The notes beneath the pieces were generated by a model that saw nothing but the letters and a program-made list of their open reading frames with translations, was not told the DNA's origin and ran no database searches. This document shows positions 38,253 through 43,481 of a stretch of 43,481 bases of DNA, piece by piece. The DNA comes from a virus. Its lineage: Duplodnaviria; Heunggongvirae; Uroviricota; Caudoviricetes. A program made the translations under genes and the position numbers. Numbering within the stretch: the stretch's first letter is position 1; every line of letters starts with the position of its first letter. The stretch lies in the IMG/VR virus record IMGVR_UViG_2711768000_000011; one strand, 5' to 3'.

Positions 38253-38950
38253 TGCAGGACATACAACAGGAAACGCTGAATGAATGCATTCGTGCGGAGC
38301 AGTCGGCCAGCGTGGTGCTCTGGGAAATCGACCTGACCGAGGTAGGCGGGGATCGCTACTTTTTCTGCAATGAGCAGAACGAGAAAGGAGAGTCTGTCAC
38401 CTGGCAGAGTCGGCAGTATCAGGCCTATCCCATTCAGGGGAGTGGATTTGAGATGAACGGCAAAGGTGCCAGTGCAAGGCCAACGCTGAAAGTCTCTAAT
38501 CTGCACGGCATGGTCACCGGGATGGCGGAAGACCTGCAGAGTCTGGTCGGCGGAACGGTGGTCAGGCGTAAGGTTTACGCCCGTTTTCTGGATGCGGTGA
38601 ACTTCGTCAACGGAAACAGTGACGCCGATCCGGAGCAGGAGGTGATCAGCCGCTGGCGTATTGAGCAGTGCAGCGAACTGAGCGCGGTCAGTGCCTCCTT
38701 TGTACTGTCCACGCCGACGGAAACGGACGGCGCTGTTTTTCCGGGGCGCATCATGCTTGCTAATACCTGCACCTGGACCTATCGCGGTGATGAGTGCGGT
38801 TATCACGGTCCGGCTGTCGCGGATGAATATGACCAGCCAACGTCCGATATCACGAAGGATAAATGCAGCAAATGCCTGAGCGGTTGTAAGTTCCGCAATA
38901 ACGTCGGCAACTTTGGCGGCTTCCTTTCCATTAACAAACTTTCGCAGTAA
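38252..38950 (+). CDS. L: Minor tail protein L (lambda gpL-like), 232 aa
   Basis: 232 aa with C-terminal Cys cluster (CTWTYRGDECGYHG...CSKCLSGC) recognised as lambda L. Confidence 0.85.
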   Translation: MQDIQQETLNECIRAEQSASVVLWEIDLTEVGGDRYFFCNEQNEKGESVTWQSRQYQAYPIQGSGFEMNGKGASARPTLKVSNLHGMVTGMAEDLQSLVGGTVVRRKVYARFLDAVNFVNGNSDADPEQEVISRWRIEQCSELSAVSASFVLSTPTETDGAVFPGRIMLANTCTWTYRGDECGYHGPAVADEYDQPTSDITKDKCSKCLSGCKFRNNVGNFGGFLSINKLSQ

Positions 38951-38955
38951 ATCCC

Positions 38956-39693
38956 ATGACACAGACAGAATCAGCGATTCTGGCGCACGCCCGGCGATGT
39001 GCGCCAGCGGAGTCGTGCGGCTTCGTGGTGAGAACACCGGAGGGGGAAAGATATTTTCCCTGCGTGAATATTTCCGGTGAGCCGGAGGAGTATTTCCGNN
39101 NNNNNNNNNNNNNNNNNNNNNNNNNNNNNNNNNNNNNNNNNNNNNNNNNNNNNNNNNNNNNNNNNNNNNNNNNNNNNNNNNNNNNNNNNNNNNNNNNNNN
39201 NNNNNNNNNNNNNNNNNNNNNNNNNNNNNNNNNNNNNNNNNNNNNNNNNNNNNNNNNNNNNNNNNNNNNNNNNNNNNNNNNNNNNNNNNNNNNNNNNNNN
39301 NNNNNNNNNNNNNNNNNNNNNNNNNNNNNNNNNNNNNNNCTGGCGGGAATTGAGATGCCAGATTTTCATCGTGAGGACGACTGGTGGCGTAATGGTCAGA
39401 ATCTCTATCTGGATAATCTGGAGGCTACAGGGCTGTATCAGGTGCCGTTGTCAACGGCGCAGCCGGGCGATGTGCTGCTGTGCTGTTTTGGTTCATCGGT
39501 GCCGAATCATGCCGCCATTTACTGTGGTGACGGCGAGCTGCTGCACCATATTCCTGAACAACTGAGTAAACGAGAGAGGTACACCGACAAATGGCAGCGA
39601 CGCACACACTCCCTCTGGCGTCACCGGGCATGGCACGCATCTGCCTTTACGGGGATTTGCAGCGATTTGGCCGCCGCATCGACCTTCGTGTGA
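38956..39693 (+). CDS. K: Tail assembly protein K (lambda gpK-like), interrupted by assembly gap
   Basis: N-terminus MTQTESAILAHARRCAPAESCGF and C-terminal part recognised. The middle is replaced by N 39099-39339. Confidence 0.75.
   Translation: MTQTESAILAHARRCAPAESCGFVVRTPEGERYFPCVNISGEPEEYFXXXXXXXXXXXXXXXXXXXXXXXXXXXXXXXXXXXXXXXXXXXXXXXXXXXXXXXXXXXXXXXXXXXXXXXXXXXXXXXXXLAGIEMPDFHREDDWWRNGQNLYLDNLEATGLYQVPLSTAQPGDVLLCCFGSSVPNHAAIYCGDGELLHHIPEQLSKRERYTDKWQRRTHSLWRHRAWHASAFTGICSDLAAASTFV
39099..39339. other. Assembly gap (241 N)
   Basis: Run of N characters. Confidence 1.
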
Positions 39694-40238
39694 AAACGGG
39701 GGCCGAAGCCATCCGGGCACTGGCCACACAGCTCCCGGCATTTCGTCAGAAACTGAGCGACGGCTGGTATCAGGTGCGCATTGCCGGGCGTGATGCAGGC
39801 GAAAATGAATTATCTGCCCGTCTTAATGAACCGCTGGCAAATGGTGCCGTGATCCACATCGTTCCGCGTCTGGCGGGTGCCAAAAGTGGCGGTGTGTTTC
39901 AGGCGGTGCTGGGTGCGGCGCTGATTGCGGTGGCATGGTGGAACCCTGTGGGCTGGCTGGGGGCCGCGGCTGTATCGGGTATGTATGCAGCAGGGGCCAG
40001 TATGATCCTGGGTGGTGTGGCGCAGATGCTGGCACCGAAAGCCAGGACGCCCACGGCAGCCAGTACAGATAACGGCAAACAGAACACGTATTTCTCGTCA
40101 CTGGATAACATGGTTGCCCAGGGTAATGTTCTGCCTGTTCTGTACGGGGAAATGCGCGTGGGGTCACGTGTGGTTTCTCAGGAGATCAGCACGGCAGACG
40201 AAGGGGATGGTGGTCAGGTTGTGGTGATTGGTCGCTGA
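39591..40238 (+). CDS. I: Tail assembly protein I (lambda gpI-like), 215 aa
   Basis: MAATHTLPLASPGMARICLYGDLQRFGRR... recognised as lambda I. Overlaps the 3' end of K in another frame, as in lambda. Confidence 0.85.
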   Translation: MAATHTLPLASPGMARICLYGDLQRFGRRIDLRVKTGAEAIRALATQLPAFRQKLSDGWYQVRIAGRDAGENELSARLNEPLANGAVIHIVPRLAGAKSGGVFQAVLGAALIAVAWWNPVGWLGAAAVSGMYAAGASMILGGVAQMLAPKARTPTAASTDNGKQNTYFSSLDNMVAQGNVLPVLYGEMRVGSRVVSQEISTADEGDGGQVVVIGR

Positions 40239-43200
40239 TGCAAANNNNNNNNNNNNNNNNNNNNNNNNNNNNNNNNNNNNNNNNNNNNNNNNNNNNNNNN
40301 NNNNNNNNNNNNNNNNNNNNNNNNNNNNNNNNNNNNNNNNNNNNNNNNNNNNNNNNNNNNNNNNNNNNNNNNNNNNNNNNNNNNNNNNNNNNNNNNNNNN
40401 NNNNNNNNNNNNNNNNNNNNNNNNNNNNNNNNNNNNNNNNNNNNNNNNNNNNNNNNNNNNNNNNNNNNNNNNNNNNNNNNNNNNNNNNNNNNNNNNNNNN
40501 NNNNNNNNNNNNNNNNNNNNNNNNNNNNNNNNNNNNNNNNNNNNNNNNNNNNNNNNNNNNNNNNNNNNNNNNNNNNNNNNNNNNNNNNNNNNNNNNNNNN
40601 NNNNNNNNNNNNNNNNNNNNNNNNNNNNNNNNNNNNNNNNNNNNNNNNNNNNNNNNNNNNNNNNNNNNNNNNNNNNNNNNNNNNNNNNNNNNNNNNNNNN
40701 NNNNNNNNNNNNNNNNNNNNNNNNNNNNNNNNNNNNNNNNNNNNNNNNNNNNNNNNNNNNNNNNNNNNGGAAAAAGACATCACCATTAAGGGCAAAACCA
40801 CCTCGCAGTATCTGGTCTCGGTGGTGGTGGATAACCTGCCTCCGCGCCCGTTCAGTATCCGGATGCGCAGGATGACACCGGACAGCACCACAGACCAGCT
40901 GCAGAACAAAACGCTCTGGTCGTCATACACCGAAATCATCGATGTGAAACAGTGCTACCCGAACACTGCACTGGTCGGCGTACAGGTGGACTCGGAGCAG
41001 TTCGGCAGCCAGCAGGTGAGTCGTAATTATCATCTTCGCGGGCGCATTCTGCAGGTGCCGTCGAACTATAACCCGCAGACGCGACAATACAGCGGTATCT
41101 GGGACGGAACGTTAAAACCAGCATACAGCAACAACATGGCCTGGTGTCTGTGGGATATGCTGACCCACCCGCGCTACGGCATGGGGAAACGTCTTGGTGC
41201 GGCGGATGTGGACAAATGGGCGCTGTATGTCATCGGCCAGTACTGCGACCAGTCAGTGCCGGACGGCTTTGGCGGCACGGAGCCGCGCATCACCTGTAAT
41301 GCGTACCTGACCACACAGCGCAAGGCGTGGGATGTGCTCAGTGATTTCTGCTCGGCGATGCGCTGTATGCCGGTATGGAACGGGCAGACGCTGACGTTCG
41401 TGCAGGACCGACCGTCGGATAAGGTGTGGACCTATAACCGCAGTAATGTGGTGATGCCGGATGATGGCGCGCCGTTCCGCTACAGCTTCAGCGCCCTGAA
41501 AGACCGCCATAATGCCGTTGAGGTGAACTGGATTGACCCGGATAACGGCTGGGAGACGGCGACAGAGCTTGTGGAGGATACGCAGGCCATTGCCCGTTAC
41601 GGTCGTAACGTCACGAAGATGGATGCTTTTGGCTGTACCAGCCGGGGGCAGGCACACCGCGCCGGGCTGTGGCTGATTAAAACAGAACTGCTGGAAACGC
41701 AGACCGTGGACTTCAGCGTGGGCGCAGAAGGGCTTCGCCATGTGCCGGGCGATGTCATTGAAATCTGTGATGATGACTATGCGGGTATCAGCATCGGCGG
41801 GCGCGTGCTGGCGGTAAACAGCCAGACCCGGACGCTGACGCTCGACCGTGAAATCACGCTGCCATCCTCCGGTACCATGCTGATAAGCCTGGTTGACGGA
41901 AGTGGCAATCCGGTCAGCGTGGAGGTTCAGTCCGTCACCGACGGCGTGAAGGTGAAAGTGAGCCGTGTTCCTGACGGCGTTGCTGAATACAGCGTGTGGG
42001 GGCTGAAGCTGCCGACGTTGCGCCAGCGCCTGTTCCGCTGTGTGAGTATCCGTGAGAACGATGACGGCACGTATGCCATCACTGCCGTGCAGCATGTACC
42101 GGAAAAAGAAGCCATCGTGGATAACGGGGCGCACTTTGACGGCGACCAGAGCGGCACGGTGAATGGTGTCACGCCGCCAGCGGTGCAGCACCTGACTGCC
42201 GAAGTCACCGCAGACAGCGGGGAATATCAGGTGCTGGCGCGCTGGGACACGCCGAAGGTGGTGAAGGGGGTGAGCTTTATGCTTCGCCTGACCGTGGCAG
42301 CGGATGACGGCAGTGAGCGGCTGGTCAGCACGGCCCGGACGACGGAAACCACATACCGCTTCACGCAACTGGCGCTGGGACGGTACACGCTGACAGTCCG
42401 GGCGGTAAATGCCTGGGGACAGCAGGGCGATCCGGCGTCGGTATCGTTCAGGATTGCCGCACCGGTAGCACCGTCGCGGATTGAGCTGACGCCGGGCTAT
42501 TTTCAGATAACTGCCACGCCGCATCTTGCGGTTTATGATCCGACGGTACAGTTTGAGTTCTGGTTCTCGGAAACGCGGATTACCGATATCAGGCAGGTTG
42601 AAACCACAGCCCGCTACCTTGGCGCGGGGCTGTACTGGATAGCCGCCAGTATCAATATCAAACCGGGCCATGATTATTACTTTTATATCCGCAGTGTGAA
42701 CACCGTTGGCAAATCGGCATTCGTGGAGGCCGTCGGTCGGGCGAGCGATGATGCGGAAGGTTACCTGGATTTTTTCAAAGGCAAGATAACCGAATCCCAT
42801 CTCGGTAAAGAGCTGCTGGAAAAAGTTGATCTGACGGAGGATAACGCCAGCAGACTGGATGAGTTTTCGAAAGAGTGGAAGGACGCTAACGATAAATGGA
42901 ATGCGATGTGGGGCGTCAAAATTGAGCAGACCAAAGACGGCAAACATTATGTCGCGGGTATTGGCCTCAGCATGGAGGACACGGAGGAAGGCAAGCTGAG
43001 CCAGTTTCTGGTTGCCGCCAATCGTATCGCGTTTATTGACCCGGCAAACGGGAATGAAACGCCGATGTTTGTGGCGCAGGGCAACCAGATATTCATGAAC
43101 GACGTGTTCCTGAAGCGCCTGACAGCCCCCGCCATTACCAGCGGTGGCAGTCCTCCGGTATTTTCCCTGACATCAGACGGAAAGCTGACCGCTAAAAATG

Positions 43201-43481
43201 CGGATATCAGTGGTAGTGTGAATGCGAACTCAGGAACGCTCAACAATGTCACGATTAACCAGAACTGTACGATTAAGGGCATGCTGGAGGCGACCCAGGT
43301 CAGAGGGGATTTCGTTAAAGCTGTATCAAAAGCCTTCCCGAAAAAAGTCGGTACGTGGGGTAACACGGAAACACCAGACGGTACGGTTACAGTCACCATC
43401 AGCGATGATCATAACTTTGACCGCCAGATTATTATTCCGCCCATTATTTTTAACGGTATAGCGTATGACGATCCGGGGAGC
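40238..43481 (+). CDS. J: Tail tip / host specificity protein J (lambda gpJ-like), partial, contains gap and runs off window
   Basis: ATG 40238 overlaps the I stop (ATGA). After the gap, an open frame from 40770 to the window end translates to ...[14 protein letters not shown]...[23 protein letters not shown]..., recognised as lambda J. Absent from the ORF track because there is no stop in the window. Confidence 0.9.
40245..40768. other. Assembly gap (524 N)
   Basis: Run of N characters. Confidence 1.

Noticed and set aside
10227-40768. N-runs as possible biological features
   Set aside because: They are sequence placeholders (assembly gaps), not biology.
41253-43399. Long minus-strand ORFs (564 aa and 150 aa)
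   Set aside because: They are antisense to the recognisable lambda J reading frame on the + strand. GC-rich coding DNA commonly gives long spurious antisense ORFs, and they have no RBS or phage-like product.
1-43481. CRISPR arrays, tRNA genes, IS elements
   Set aside because: No spaced direct-repeat arrays, no cloverleaf-like sequences with CCA-adjacent acceptor stems, and no transposase-like ORFs or terminal inverted repeats were seen by eye. This is a manual scan, not tRNAscan or CRISPR-finder output.

Overview
The window is an almost complete lambdoid prophage of the E. coli Rac family, read from the integrase stop codon (nt 1-3) to the interior of the tail-tip gene J, which runs off the window end. 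Modules in order: int-xis (1-1453); ydaC/ralR, recT-recE, racC, ydaE, kilR on the minus strand (1553-6229); sieB, ydaF, ydaG and a repressor / Cro-like / ydaT immunity region (6671-8919); replication genes ydaU and a DnaC-like loader (8932-10226); a low-GC accessory island (about 11.5-15.4 kb) holding a two-gene cassette of unknown function, a Cys-rich small ORF, a YeaR-like gene on the opposite strand and about 0.8 kb of AT-rich non-coding DNA; nin/Q-like genes (15447-16875) with terminators; two paralogous lipoproteins; a lysis cassette (holin, SAR endolysin, Rz with embedded Rz1); the potassium transporter trkG; a ParB-like plus glycosyltransferase-like pair; then terminase, portal, head and lambda-like tail genes (G/GT frameshift, tape measure, M, L, K, I, J). 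Three N-runs (10227-10278, 39099-39339, 40245-40768) are assembly gaps that interrupt the loader gene, K and J. Unlike the defective K-12 Rac element, the lysis and morphogenesis modules are present here. The best candidate for an undescribed system is the AT-rich two-gene cassette at 11.6-13.7 kb. All identifications come from reading the sequence and from recalled protein families; no database search was run.
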